DNA of 64,000 nt from Clostridiales bacterium (lineage in GTDB: Bacteria; Bacillota; Dehalobacteriia; UBA7702): NCBI GenBank assembly GCA_040766505.1, contig JAXGQJ010000006.1, forward strand, positions 35,308 to 99,307, in the 5' to 3' direction. The position numbers were made by a program, and so were the translations under genes. Shown here piece by piece: positions 1 through 10,122 of the stretch. Under the pieces are notes generated by a model, which saw nothing but the letters and a program-made list of their open reading frames with translations, was not told the DNA's origin and made no database searches. Positions within the stretch are counted from its first letter, which is position 1, and every line of letters begins with the position of its first letter.

Positions 1-102
1 TATTTTGGCTACACCATCGATGTCGAGCGGGGTAAGCCCACGAATTCGGAGTTTATTGCAATGATTGCCGACAAGTTGAAAATGGCCAATAAATTCGCTT
101 GA
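1..102 (+). CDS. spo0A: Spo0A, C-terminal end (partial)
   Basis: Frame 1 translates [33 protein letters not shown]; [15 protein letters not shown] is the Spo0A C-terminal signature. Confidence 0.93.
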   Translation, partial: YFGYTIDVERGKPTNSEFIAMIADKLKMANKFA

Positions 103-247
103 ATTTCTCTCCCTTTTGCCGCCGCTTCCCACGGCGGTAATTTTTTAACCAAAATCAGAAAAATCGAAGGCCCTTCGCGTTTTCCCTTCTATTTTCCCCT
201 TTCTGTCAATATCCTTTTGTATACCGCCAACCTACGGAGGGATTCTC

Positions 248-472
248 TTGCTCGTCATCACTTTAAAAAATCTGCGCCGGAAGTTGATTACCGCCAGCAT
301 CGCTTGTTTTTTGCTCATTTTGCTTCTCTTTGGGATTCCACATTTTTATTCCACGCTATCGGCCCAAAAGGAGGAAGATGAATACCGCACATTGGAGGAG
401 CCGCTGCGGGTAGAAAATTTCCCCTCGGCGGAAGAGAGGGCCTGGTGGTTTAATATCATGGACCAGGAGTGA
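248..472 (+). CDS. Small single-TM protein, possibly YqzK/DUF4227-like
   Basis: GGAGG RBS before a TTG start, one hydrophobic helix then an acidic tail; occupies the yqzK position upstream of xerD. Confidence 0.5.
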   Translation: MLVITLKNLRRKLITASIACFLLILLLFGIPHFYSTLSAQKEEDEYRTLEEPLRVENFPSAEERAWWFNIMDQE

Positions 473-674
473 AGGCTTCTCACCGCTTTCACGGCGGGAA
501 GCCCGCGCAGGTTTTTGCCCCGGCCGACACCGCTTCCCGCCGCTTTTGTGACGGGAAGCCGTCGGCGGGGCTTTTTGCCCTTTTTTTGGCGGTCTTTGGT
601 GGAAAAGCCTCTTTTGCTCTGGTATCGTGGCGGTAAAAGACGTATAATAGAGAAAAAGCCAAAGGAGGATCGGG

Positions 675-1565
675 ATGGAAGCCAGCGAGATCGTCGCCTT
701 TTTAGATTATCTTTTGGTGGAAAAGGGCCATTCGATGAACACCATTAAAAATTATGCCTATGACCTCGCCGATTTTTCCGCTTTTTTGACGGAGCGGAAG
801 GCGGGAACGCCAAAGGATTCGGATCGCGGCGCCGTCATGGCCTATTTGGTTCACTGCCAGCGCCGGGGATTGCACAGCCGCACCATTGCGCGGCGTCTCG
901 CCTCCTTGCGCTCTTTCTACCGTTTTTTGCTCATCGACAAGGTGATCGAAACATCCCCCACCGTGAACCTAGAAAGCCCCAAGCTCGCCCGGTACCTTCC
1001 GAATGTTTTAACGAAGGAAGAAGTGGCCTTGCTTTTGGCCCAGCCGGACATCACCACCACCGGCGGCCTGCGGGACAAGGCCATGTTGGAAACGATGTAC
1101 GGCACCGGCATGCGGGTCTCGGAATTGTTGGGCCTGAACCTCGACGATGTCAATTTTCACTTCCATTATGTGAAATGTTATGGCAAAGGCGGTAGGGAGC
1201 GGCTCTTGCCCATCGGTTCCTATGCGCTTTCGGCGCTGGAAATGTATCTGGCCAATTCCCGGCCAAAGCTCCTCGCTGAAAAGAAAACGCCGGCGCTCTT
1301 TCTCAATGCACGGGGCGGCCGTTTGAGCCGCCAGTCCTATTGGGGGGCGATCAAACGGTATGGCGGGGCGGCGAAACTCGGCGAGGTGGTCAGCCCCCAT
1401 ACGCTGCGGCATTCGATCGCCGCCCACCTATTGGAAAATGGCGCCGATTTAAGAACGGTGCAGGAATTTTTGGGACATGCCGACATCTCCACCACCCAGA
1501 TCTATACCCAGCTGCTTCAGGGCAAGCTGGCGCAGGAATTCAAACGCTGCCATCCCAGGAGCTGA
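675..1565 (+). CDS. xerD: Tyrosine recombinase XerD (RipX)
   Basis: GMRVSE and HTLRHS...LGHADISTTQIYT catalytic motifs; xerD-deoB synteny. Confidence 0.93.
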   Translation: MEASEIVAFLDYLLVEKGHSMNTIKNYAYDLADFSAFLTERKAGTPKDSDRGAVMAYLVHCQRRGLHSRTIARRLASLRSFYRFLLIDKVIETSPTVNLESPKLARYLPNVLTKEEVALLLAQPDITTTGGLRDKAMLETMYGTGMRVSELLGLNLDDVNFHFHYVKCYGKGGRERLLPIGSYALSALEMYLANSRPKLLAEKKTPALFLNARGGRLSRQSYWGAIKRYGGAAKLGEVVSPHTLRHSIAAHLLENGADLRTVQEFLGHADISTTQIYTQLLQGKLAQEFKRCHPRS

Positions 1566-1701
1566 AATGGGGCCGGAAAGCAATAAAGGCGTTTAAGGGC
1601 AAATGCAAGCCCCAATGCAAGCCCCAATGTGAAAATAAGCCCTATGGTATACCAACCGTTCCAACGGCATTTGTTGCGGTTGAGATGGGGAGGAAGAAAA
1701 T

Positions 1702-2862
1702 ATGAAACGGGTTTTTTTGATTGTTTTAGACAGTTTGGGCATCGGCCCCCTTCCCGATTGGCAAGCCTTCGATCGGGAGCCGGGCAATACTTTGCTTCAT
1801 ATCGCGGAAGCATTGGGGGGATTGTCGCTGCCTACCCTGGCAAAGCTGGGATTGGGGAATATTCTCCCTTTGCCGGGGATCCCACCGGCGGCCTCGCCCC
1901 GGGCGGCCTTCGGGCGGGCGATGACGAAGAGCCACGGCAAAGATACGACCACCGGCCACTGGGAGATGATGGGCATCGTGATGTCGGAGCCTTTCCCCAC
2001 CTATCCCGGCGGTTTCCCCGAATTTTTAATAAAGCGGCTGGAAGCGGCCTTTCAGCGCCCCATCATCGGCAATAAAGCGGCGTCCGGCGTGCGGATCATT
2101 GAAGAGTTGGGGGAAGAGCAGATGCGAACCGGCGCCGCCATCGTCTATACCTCCGCCGACAGCGTGCTGCAAATCGCCGCCCATGAGGATGTGATCCCGT
2201 TGGAAACCTTGTATGATCTGTGCGCCAAAGCCAGGGAGATCATGGTCTCTCCCCACCATGTGGGCCGGGTGATCGCCCGTCCCTTCACGGGGACGCCGGG
2301 GCGCTTCGTCCGCACCGCCTACCGGCGGGATTTTTCCCTGCTTCCACCGGCGGACAATGATTTGACCCACCTGCGGGAAGCCGGCATCGCCACCGTCGGC
2401 GTCGGCAAGATCGGCGATATCTTCGGCGGCCAGGGTTTCGATCTCTCCTATGCCGATAAAGGCAATGTCCGCTGTTTGGAGCGGTTAGAGTCCCTGCTGC
2501 GGGAAGGGGGCCCCGGTTTTTATTTCGTCAATCTCGTGGATTTCGATATGCTCTTCGGCCACCGCAATGACCCCGTCGGTTATGGCGGGGCGCTGGCGGC
2601 CTTTGATACGCGGCTGGAAGGGCTTTTGCCGCTGGTGGGCGACGGGGATCTGCTGCTGATTACCGCGGATCACGGCAATGACCCCACCAATGCCAGCACC
2701 GATCACAACCGTGAATATGTGCCGGTTCTGGCCTTTCGAAAAATGTCGAAGGGCAAAAATCTTGGCACCAGGGCCTCATTGGCGGACATCGGCGCCACCG
2801 TCTGCGAGGCTTTGACCGGCACAGGGCGGGGGCCAGGCAAGTCTTTCTATCATGCCTGGTAA
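1702..2862 (+). CDS. deoB: Phosphopentomutase
   Basis: IVLDSLGIG, GKDTTTGHWE, VDFDMLFGHRND, ITADHGNDPT motifs. Confidence 0.96.
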   Translation: MKRVFLIVLDSLGIGPLPDWQAFDREPGNTLLHIAEALGGLSLPTLAKLGLGNILPLPGIPPAASPRAAFGRAMTKSHGKDTTTGHWEMMGIVMSEPFPTYPGGFPEFLIKRLEAAFQRPIIGNKAASGVRIIEELGEEQMRTGAAIVYTSADSVLQIAAHEDVIPLETLYDLCAKAREIMVSPHHVGRVIARPFTGTPGRFVRTAYRRDFSLLPPADNDLTHLREAGIATVGVGKIGDIFGGQGFDLSYADKGNVRCLERLESLLREGGPGFYFVNLVDFDMLFGHRNDPVGYGGALAAFDTRLEGLLPLVGDGDLLLITADHGNDPTNASTDHNREYVPVLAFRKMSKGKNLGTRASLADIGATVCEALTGTGRGPGKSFYHAW

Positions 2863-4180
2863 AGGGGGTTTTGACGTGATTCTGGCGATCATTGAAAAGA
2901 AGAAGCAGGGTGAGGAACTGACGCGGGAAGAGATCGCGTTTTTTGTCGAAAGATATACCGGCGGCGAAATACCGGACTACCAGATCAGCGCCTTGCTGAT
3001 GGCGATTTACTTTCGTGGCTTCAGCGAGCGGGAGCTATTCGATCTCACCGATGTGATGCTGCATAGCGGCGAGATTCTCGATTTTCGCGATCTCGGCACC
3101 GTCGCCGACAAACACAGCACCGGCGGGGTGGGGGATAAGGTGACGCTGGTCGCCGCACCGATCATGGCCGCCGGCGGTTTAAAGGTGGCGAAAATGAGCG
3201 GCGCCGGCCTCGGCCACACCGGCGGCACCATCGACAAATTGGCGGCGGTACCGGGCCTTACCACGGATCTTGGCCGGGAGCGATTTAAAAATCAGGTAAA
3301 AACCGTTGGCATGGCGATCTGCGGCCAAAGCGACGCCATGGTTCCCGCCGATAAAAAGCTTTATGCCCTGCGGGACGTTACCGGTACCGTCGATTCGCTG
3401 CCTTTGATCGCCGCCAGCATACTTGCGAAAAAATTGGCGCTTTCCCCGCAATTGATTGTCTTTGACGTCAAATTTGGCGGCGGCGCCTTTATGAAAAGCC
3501 GGGCGGAAGGAGAGGCCCTGGCCCGAGCGATGAACGACATCGCCGCAAAGTCGGGGGTACAGGCGGCTTCGTTTCTGAGCCGGATGGAAACGCCGCTGGG
3601 CCGCGCCGTCGGCAATGGGCTGGAAGTGGCGGAAGCCTATCGGACGCTGGCGGGAGAAATCGGCGGCGATGTGCGGGAAAGCGCCCTTTCCATCGCCGGC
3701 TGTAGCTTCTGGCTTGCCGGTTATGTTCCCGATCTCGCCGCCGGTTATGAGCGGGCGGCCCGGTTATTGGACGGCGGCGCCGGCTTGGATCTGTTCTTTT
3801 CGTTTTTGGAAGCCCAAGGCGGGCGGTTCCGGCGGCCTGATTTTGTCGCCGCGCTGCCGAAGGCCAAGGAAGTCTGGGAGGTCAAGGCGAAGGCTTCCGG
3901 TTATATTGCGGCACTGGACAGCTTAAAAATCGCCAGGGCCGCCCAAGGTTTGGGGGCGGGGCGAAGCCGGATCGGCGATGCCGTGGATCCCGCCGCCGGT
4001 GTATATCTCAACCGCATCATCGGCGAAGAGGTGCGGGCCGGTGAAGTGCTCGCCACCTTATATGGACGGGAAGGGGGGAGGCTTTGGTCCGACCTTGTCG
4101 GCGATGCCTATACCCTGTCGCCGCAAGCGCCGAAACCGCTTCCCCATATTGCCGGCCTTATCCCGGGCCAGAACCGATGA
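2852..4180 (+). CDS. pdp: Pyrimidine-nucleoside phosphorylase (start possibly GTG at 2876)
   Basis: DKHSTGGVGDK, KMSGAGLGHTGGTIDKL, ADKKLYALRDVTGTV motifs. Confidence 0.95.
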   Translation: MPGKGGFDVILAIIEKKKQGEELTREEIAFFVERYTGGEIPDYQISALLMAIYFRGFSERELFDLTDVMLHSGEILDFRDLGTVADKHSTGGVGDKVTLVAAPIMAAGGLKVAKMSGAGLGHTGGTIDKLAAVPGLTTDLGRERFKNQVKTVGMAICGQSDAMVPADKKLYALRDVTGTVDSLPLIAASILAKKLALSPQLIVFDVKFGGGAFMKSRAEGEALARAMNDIAAKSGVQAASFLSRMETPLGRAVGNGLEVAEAYRTLAGEIGGDVRESALSIAGCSFWLAGYVPDLAAGYERAARLLDGGAGLDLFFSFLEAQGGRFRRPDFVAALPKAKEVWEVKAKASGYIAALDSLKIARAAQGLGAGRSRIGDAVDPAAGVYLNRIIGEEVRAGEVLATLYGREGGRLWSDLVGDAYTLSPQAPKPLPHIAGLIPGQNR

Positions 4181-4314
4181 AAGGCGGCGGCCCCCGGCCC
4201 TCCGCGGCCGTTTAACGGAAGTTTACCTAAAAATAAAGCCGGGGGATTGTGCGCCAAGCCGTCATAATACGGAAAAAAGACAATAAGAATAAATGAGACT
4301 AAAATAAGGGGACA

Positions 4315-5538
4315 GTGAGAATGCGCGGAAAAAAACAATGGCTGCTCTTCATTTTCTGTTTGCTGCTGGTATTTTTGCCGTTGGAAGGATTGTTGGCGGA
4401 AGAGGCTTTTCACGCCGCCGACCGGCAGGCGGTCATGGCCGAGGTGGAGAAATCCCGGGGCGCCACCGGGGAATCTTTGACCCTTTCCGTTGCCGGTGCG
4501 ATTTTGGCCGAACCGAAAACCGGGGCGGTGCTTTATGAGAAAAATGCCGATGCAAAGCAATATCCCGCCAGTATGACGAAATTGATGACGATGGTCATCG
4601 CTTTAGAGGAAATTCAGGCCGGGCATTTTCGCTATGACGATACGGTGACAACGTCGGAATACGCCGCTTCCATGGGAGGCTCCCAGGCCTATCTGGAACC
4701 CGGGGAAACCCACAGCCTCAAAGAGCTGTTGATCGCCGTCGCCGTCGGTTCCGCCAATGATGCCAGCGTGGCGGTGGCCGAATGGATCGGCGGCAGCAAT
4801 GAGGGCTTCGTGGCGATGATGAATGAGAAGGCCGCGGCTTTGGGCATGGCAAACACCCATTATGTCAATACCCACGGCCTCCATGACGACAACCATTATA
4901 CGACCCCCCGGGACATGATGATCCTGAGCCTCTATGGGCTTCAGGTTCCGGGCATGTTGGAATTTACCTCCATCAAAGAATATGAATTCAGGCCCGAGCC
5001 AAAGCAGCTTCTGCTGTACACTACGACCAAATTGCTTTTTTGGTATGAAGGCACCGACGGCTTAAAGACCGGCACCACGTCACAGGCGGGCCGGAACCTG
5101 GCCGCCACCTGCGAAAAAGACGGCTTGCGCCTCGTCAGCGTCGTGATGGGCGGCGGTACAAAAAACTCTCATTTCAGTGAATCGATGAAGCTGTTGAATA
5201 TGGGCTTCAATCTGTACGAAAACAAAACCATCGTCGCGAAAAAGGAACTGGTGACCCTGGCCTATGTGAACCGGGGCCGGGAGGAAACCGTCAACCTGCT
5301 GGCGGCGGAGGAACGGTCGATGCCGGCGCCCCGGGGGGAGGCGGCAAAACCCGCCATTGAAGTGGTGGTCGACGACGGCATCTTCGCCCCCATCGCCGAG
5401 GGAGACGTTCTCGGCGTCGCGGTTTTGCGGGCCAACGATGTGGAGATCGACCGTACGGAACTGGTCGCCGCCAATGATGTGGCGAAGCAAACCTTCTTTC
5501 AGATGATCGGGCGTTTTATCCGGAGCGTCTTTGTTTAA
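4315..5538 (+). CDS. dacF: D-alanyl-D-alanine carboxypeptidase DacF
   Basis: Signal peptide; SMTK, SAN and KTG motifs; directly upstream of spoIIA. Confidence 0.9.
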   Translation: MRMRGKKQWLLFIFCLLLVFLPLEGLLAEEAFHAADRQAVMAEVEKSRGATGESLTLSVAGAILAEPKTGAVLYEKNADAKQYPASMTKLMTMVIALEEIQAGHFRYDDTVTTSEYAASMGGSQAYLEPGETHSLKELLIAVAVGSANDASVAVAEWIGGSNEGFVAMMNEKAAALGMANTHYVNTHGLHDDNHYTTPRDMMILSLYGLQVPGMLEFTSIKEYEFRPEPKQLLLYTTTKLLFWYEGTDGLKTGTTSQAGRNLAATCEKDGLRLVSVVMGGGTKNSHFSESMKLLNMGFNLYENKTIVAKKELVTLAYVNRGREETVNLLAAEERSMPAPRGEAAKPAIEVVVDDGIFAPIAEGDVLGVAVLRANDVEIDRTELVAANDVAKQTFFQMIGRFIRSVFV

Positions 5539-5547
5539 CCGTTATAT

Positions 5548-5601
5548 TCCGACAAAGGCTCCTTCCTTTCTGCAAAGGAAGCGCGGGCGCCAAAGGAGAA
5601 C
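5548..5601 (+). promoter_or_regulatory. Candidate sigma-H promoter of spoIIA with a near-consensus 0A box
   Basis: AGGA (5576)-18 nt-GAAC (5598); TCCGACA at 5548 is TGTCGGA on the minus strand (one mismatch to TGNCGAA). Confidence 0.5.
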
Positions 5602-5629
5602 TCTTCCCAAAAGAATGGGAGGGGCAGCG

Positions 5630-5947
5630 ATGAGGTTCAAACGCAAAAAGAATGTTCTGAAGGTGGAATTGACCGGTGATCTCGACCTAAAAGCCAGCTC
5701 GCCTTTGAAAGACCAGCTTAGTGCCTATATCGACCGGGAAGGGATACACCACATTTTTTTCGATTTCCGCCATGTGGAATTTATCGACAGCTCGGGATTG
5801 GGCATTTTGCTGTTCTGCTATAAGCGGCTTGCCCCCTATGGCGGCAGCGTGCGGGTGGAAAATATCCGATCCAATGTGGAAATGGTATTCGCGTTGGCGG
5901 GCATGGATAAAATCTTGAAAATCAGCGGCATGGATCGGGGCGCATAA
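5630..5947 (+). CDS. spoIIAA: Anti-sigma-F antagonist SpoIIAA
   Basis: STAS domain GDLD...FIDSSGLG; RBS before ATG 5630; operon position. Confidence 0.92.
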   Translation: MRFKRKKNVLKVELTGDLDLKASSPLKDQLSAYIDREGIHHIFFDFRHVEFIDSSGLGILLFCYKRLAPYGGSVRVENIRSNVEMVFALAGMDKILKISGMDRGA

Positions 5948-5957
5948 GGGGGATACG

Positions 5958-6389
5958 ATGGATACGATTGCCGATAATTATGTGAAACTGACCTTGGCGG
6001 CCCGGGAAGAAAATGTGGCCGTCGCCCGTTTGACCGCGGCAAACCTGGCGGCGGGGATCGGCTTCACCTTCACCGAGGTGGAAGAGATCAAGGTGGCGAT
6101 TTCCGAAGGGGTCTCCAATGCGATGATCCACGGCTACCAGGGAGATGTCAGCCGCCTAGTGGATTTGGTTTTTGTGCTGCGGGGCGGCGAATTGATGGTC
6201 AAGGTGAAGGACGATGGCATCGGCATCGACGATATCGACCGGGCGATGCAGCCGATCTACTCTTCGGCGGAGGATCGGATGGGCCTGGGCTTCGTCTTTA
6301 TGCAATCCTTTATGGATAGCCTTGAGGTAATTTCCAAGCCCGGCCGGGGGACGACATTGGTGATGAAGAAGAAAGCCGGCGGTGGCTGA
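5958..6389 (+). CDS. spoIIAB: Anti-sigma-F factor SpoIIAB
   Basis: EIKVAISEGVSNAMIHGY, DDGIGI, GLGFVFMQSFMD motifs. Confidence 0.95.
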   Translation: MDTIADNYVKLTLAAREENVAVARLTAANLAAGIGFTFTEVEEIKVAISEGVSNAMIHGYQGDVSRLVDLVFVLRGGELMVKVKDDGIGIDDIDRAMQPIYSSAEDRMGLGFVFMQSFMDSLEVISKPGRGTTLVMKKKAGGG

Positions 6390-7101
6390 AATGGTGAATC
6401 CATACCCAAGCTGGAGCGGGGAAGAACAGCAACGCCAATGGCGACTGGCGGCTGAGGGAGACGGCAATGCCCGGAACCGGCTCATCGAGGGGAATCTTCC
6501 CTTGGCGATGGTGGCCGGGCGTTTCGGTTTCTCGCCCCAAGGGCGGGAAGATCTGATCCAGGCAGGCGCCGTCGGTTTGGTACAGGCGGTGGATGGTTTT
6601 GATCCCGAAAGGGGCCGCCGCTTTTCCAGCTATGCCTTGCCTTTCATCCTGGGGGAAATGCGCCGCTGCCGCCGGAACGGCGGCGGTTGGAGCCGGGAAA
6701 CCGCCGCCATCTATCAGAAAGTGGCAGCGGCGCGGGCGGATCACCGCGCCCGCCACCTGGCGGAGCCCACCATGGCGGCATTGGCCGAAATTCTTGGCCT
6801 CGACAGCGAAGCGCTGATCTGGGCGCTGGAACCTCCGGAAATATGGGAAGACGCCGACATTCTCCGGGATCCCACCGCCCAGGAAGCCTTTGAGGGGGTG
6901 GAAAACCGGGAGTGGGTGGCGTCGCTGCTGTCCCATTTGAATGAAAGGGAAAAAGATCTGATACGGAAGCGTTTCTTTCAAAACCTCACCCAACAGGAAA
7001 TTGCCGCCGCTTATCACCTCAGCCAAGCCCAGGTAAGCCGTTTGGAAAGGGGCGCGCTTATCAGGCTTCGCGTTTTGCTCCGCCAATCGCCGCCGGGCTG
7101 A
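6382..7101 (+). CDS. sigF: Sporulation sigma factor SigF (divergent)
   Basis: EDLIQAGAVGL..AVDGFD..RG..FSSYA..ILGEMRR; region 4 TQQEIA..LSQAQVSRLE; third gene of spoIIA. Confidence 0.85.
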   Translation: MAEMVNPYPSWSGEEQQRQWRLAAEGDGNARNRLIEGNLPLAMVAGRFGFSPQGREDLIQAGAVGLVQAVDGFDPERGRRFSSYALPFILGEMRRCRRNGGGWSRETAAIYQKVAAARADHRARHLAEPTMAALAEILGLDSEALIWALEPPEIWEDADILRDPTAQEAFEGVENREWVASLLSHLNEREKDLIRKRFFQNLTQQEIAAAYHLSQAQVSRLERGALIRLRVLLRQSPPG

Positions 7102-7211
7102 CCGGGCGCCGCCGCGCCCTTTGCCGGGCTGAAGCGCGGTTTCCCAACAGGATCAAAAGGCATTGTGTGATCCGGCTTGCGGCTTCATCCGGCGATGATA
7201 CCCGCCGGCGC

Positions 7212-9718
7212 TCAATCGATCAGTTCCAATTCCCGTGCCCGAAGCACTGCGTCCATTGCCGTGCCAACCTCCAGCTTCTGGTAGACGGCCCGGGTGTGAG
7301 AGCGGATCGTATTGATGGACAAGCCGGTCAGGACGACGATCTCGGCGTTTTTATAGCCCTTTGCCAAAAACTCCAATATATATTTCTGCTGTTTGGAAAG
7401 CTTGACGGGTTTATACTCGGTGGCACAAGCGATGCCCTTATGCTTTTTTGATTGCGCATAGGCCGCCAGATAGACTTCCCGCACATATTTGTAGCCGGGG
7501 GTTGACGTGGCCTCCAAATTTTTTTGCAGCCTTTTTAGGATGGGGAGGATCGCTTTCCCCTCATCCGCAAACACCCGAATCAAGCGATACGGTTCGGCGC
7601 GGATCAAGACGGTTTGAAGCAATGCTACAGCCTCCTGCTTTTTATCCGTCATCCATGTGATGATGCTGAGCAGAACCGAAGCTTCCATCTCTTCGATCAG
7701 GCGGCCGAAATTAAAAAATATGGCGCTCAGCTTTTCACATAGCAGCGCGGCCTTTTGGAATTGGCCCAAAACGATATACGCCCTTACCGTTATAAAATTT
7801 ATATATAGTTTATGCCGCACCAAATCCAACGCTTCGTTGACAAAATCGTTGCCGAGCCATTCCGCCGCCGCCGCCCGGTCGCCGTCTAAGAGCTTTGTTT
7901 TTGTCTCATAAGCTAAAAAAGCGGGATACAGGTATAACAGATTTTCGCTTTCCACGAAGGCCTTTATGTCCGACTTGCAGCGTGCGGCGTCCTCCATTTT
8001 GCCCATGGCAAATAAACAGGAGGCGATGTGTAGCCGCGATAAAAAAATCAGTTCGGGAGATTTGGTTTTTGGGTTTGGCGTCACCTGGGAAAGGGATTCT
8101 TTTAAGCGGTTTCTTTCATAGAGAAGCCCGGCCCGCAAACCGGCTTCGATGATCGGATGGTCATTGCCGGCGACCAAAGAGAACATTTGCTGAAAATCTT
8201 CGGCCGGTTTTTCTCTTTCTAGGGCATAATAAGAAAAGTCCCGGAATGTTCTGTGCAAAAAGGGAAAACTACGAATGTCCCGTTGCAAGGCGCCGGCTTT
8301 GTCGAGGGCGAGGGCGCTCCTGAGCCGTGATTTCGCCGCCTGCCGGGCAACGGAATGCCGGTGGTCGACGATGGAAAGAAAGAGTATGCTTTCAAGAAAC
8401 ATGCCATATCTTTCCGCAATGTCGTCGATCCGCACATAGAGCTTATCCAGACAGGAGAAGAAAACTTTAATATCGCTGAACAACAGTGCGTACCAGGCGC
8501 ATCCCACGTATAAAAATGGATTTCGCTCTAGGATTTCGGCGGGCAAATCCCTGAGGAAAGAGATTTTCTCGATTTCGGAGCTCGGCTTACCGGTACACTT
8601 CAAGAAATAATACAGGGCTTCGGCTGTCCCCTTGCTGTTTTCAGTATGGATGAAATAGCGTAACGCATTGAAAAACTCTTTTTTTTCGAGATAATGTTGC
8701 GCCGCCGTTTGATACAGGGGGCCCTGCCCGGCCCCGATTTCTTCTTCGGCTTTTTTCCGTAAAAACGCCAAAAATAGGCGATGATAATGGTAGGTGCCTT
8801 CCCGGCTGCTGATAAAAATATCCCCTTCGCAGAGCAAGTCAAGGATTTCTTTGGCTTTGGGGTTTTGCGTCAACAGTTCGGAAAGCTCCGCCGAAAATTC
8901 GTCCACGATGGAGGTTCTTAACAAGAAAAGCCGCAGGTCTTGGTCGAACTTATTCCATATCTGTGTTTCGATGTAATTGTTTAACAGGTTCTCCGCTATT
9001 TTTTTGTCGGTACCGGTATGGCCGCTCACCGCCAGTGCGCCGACGGCGATCGCCCACCCGTCGGTCAGAGAAAAGGCCTGTTCCGCCTCTTCTTCCGTGA
9101 TAGATCGGCCATAACCGGAAAAAATGGCATATCTCGTCACTTTTGAAGGAAAGGTCGGCAGCGCCGATAAAGGCCATTTTGCCGTTCTCGCCTAAAGGCG
9201 CCAGGCAGCGGGGGGGCGCTTTGCGGCTTAAAATGATGACGGTTGCCGAAAGGGCAGCCGCTTTATAATATAGAGCAGGGATTTTGTATTTCCTCATTGG
9301 TGATGAGATGAAAATCGTCAAGGACGAGGGCATATGGGTTGTCGTCAAAAGAAAACCTGGACAATACCTCGATGGTGCGCTCTATGGGGGAATCGTTAAA
9401 GGCGGAACCCCTGACCGATCTTTATCAGGCTTGCCATCCTGCGAGATGGAAGAAAAAAGCGCGGTACAAAAACAGGCGGTAAAATGCCGGGAGCGTATTG
9501 TCATATTCGTCAAGCCCGATCCAAATCGGTGTGCGCCCGGCGCTTTGCGTCCACAAAAGCGCGGACAGCGTTTTTCCGCAGCCGGCTGGGGCGGCGACAT
9601 AGACGCACCGTTTTTCAGCGGCCCGATCAAAGGTTTTAAGCAGCGCTTGGCGCGGCGCGCAGATCTCAGGAAGGTGGACCGGCGTCAGCTTGTCCGTTTG
9701 CAAACCTTGTATCTTCAT
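7212..9718 (-). CDS. MalT-like STAND ATPase / LuxR-HTH transcriptional regulator (frameshifted in assembly)
   Basis: N-terminal piece AAPAGCGKT..WIGLDEYDN; TDGWAIAV; C-terminal LSKQQKYILEFLAKGYKNAEI..LSINTIRSH..VYQKL. Confidence 0.85.
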
Positions 9719-9777
9719 TTTCTCACCCTATTCTTTAAGCCAAGCATACCATAATCCAGACAATTCCAAAAATACTA

Positions 9778-9887
9778 GCATTGATGCGATATATTTGTTT
9801 GAAGATTGGCTTCGGGAAAAACTGCCAGAATTATTATATTTTCATCGCATGGATGCAGTGGTACGGTTTTGGGTCTGCCTTTACAAT
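9778..9887 (+). promoter_or_regulatory. Two GCAT-N2-ATGC palindromes and a -10 box upstream of the SLH gene
   Basis: GCATTGATGC 9778-9787, GCATGGATGC 9847-9856, TACAAT 9882-9887. Confidence 0.45.
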
Positions 9888-10122
9888 AATCTAAGTAGGT
9901 ATCAACGATGCGCGCCGTTTGGGGATGAACCGTGCGTCAATTTCCTTTGTTTGCGGGAAAAGTAAATCCGGCCCGTTGTGAGCGATTGCTATGTCCTTGC
10001 GTCGCTGATTTTGGGCCATTTTGGGGAATCAGACGCGGGAAGGGAAGCCGCTGTCAAGCGGCGATTGTAGGTGAAGTTTGCTCTATGAATTGACAGAATT
10101 GAAAGAAAGGGCTGTGATCATT

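Noticed and set aside
675-1565. Tyrosine recombinase as a phage or island integrase
   Set aside because: Sequence and xerD-deoB-pdp-dacF synteny indicate the housekeeping XerD; there are no att sites or mobile cargo.
1602-1629. Tandem repeat AATGCAAGCCCC, about 2.3 copies
   Set aside because: A short slippage duplication with no spacers; not CRISPR-like. No CRISPR array, tRNA or rRNA was seen anywhere in the window.
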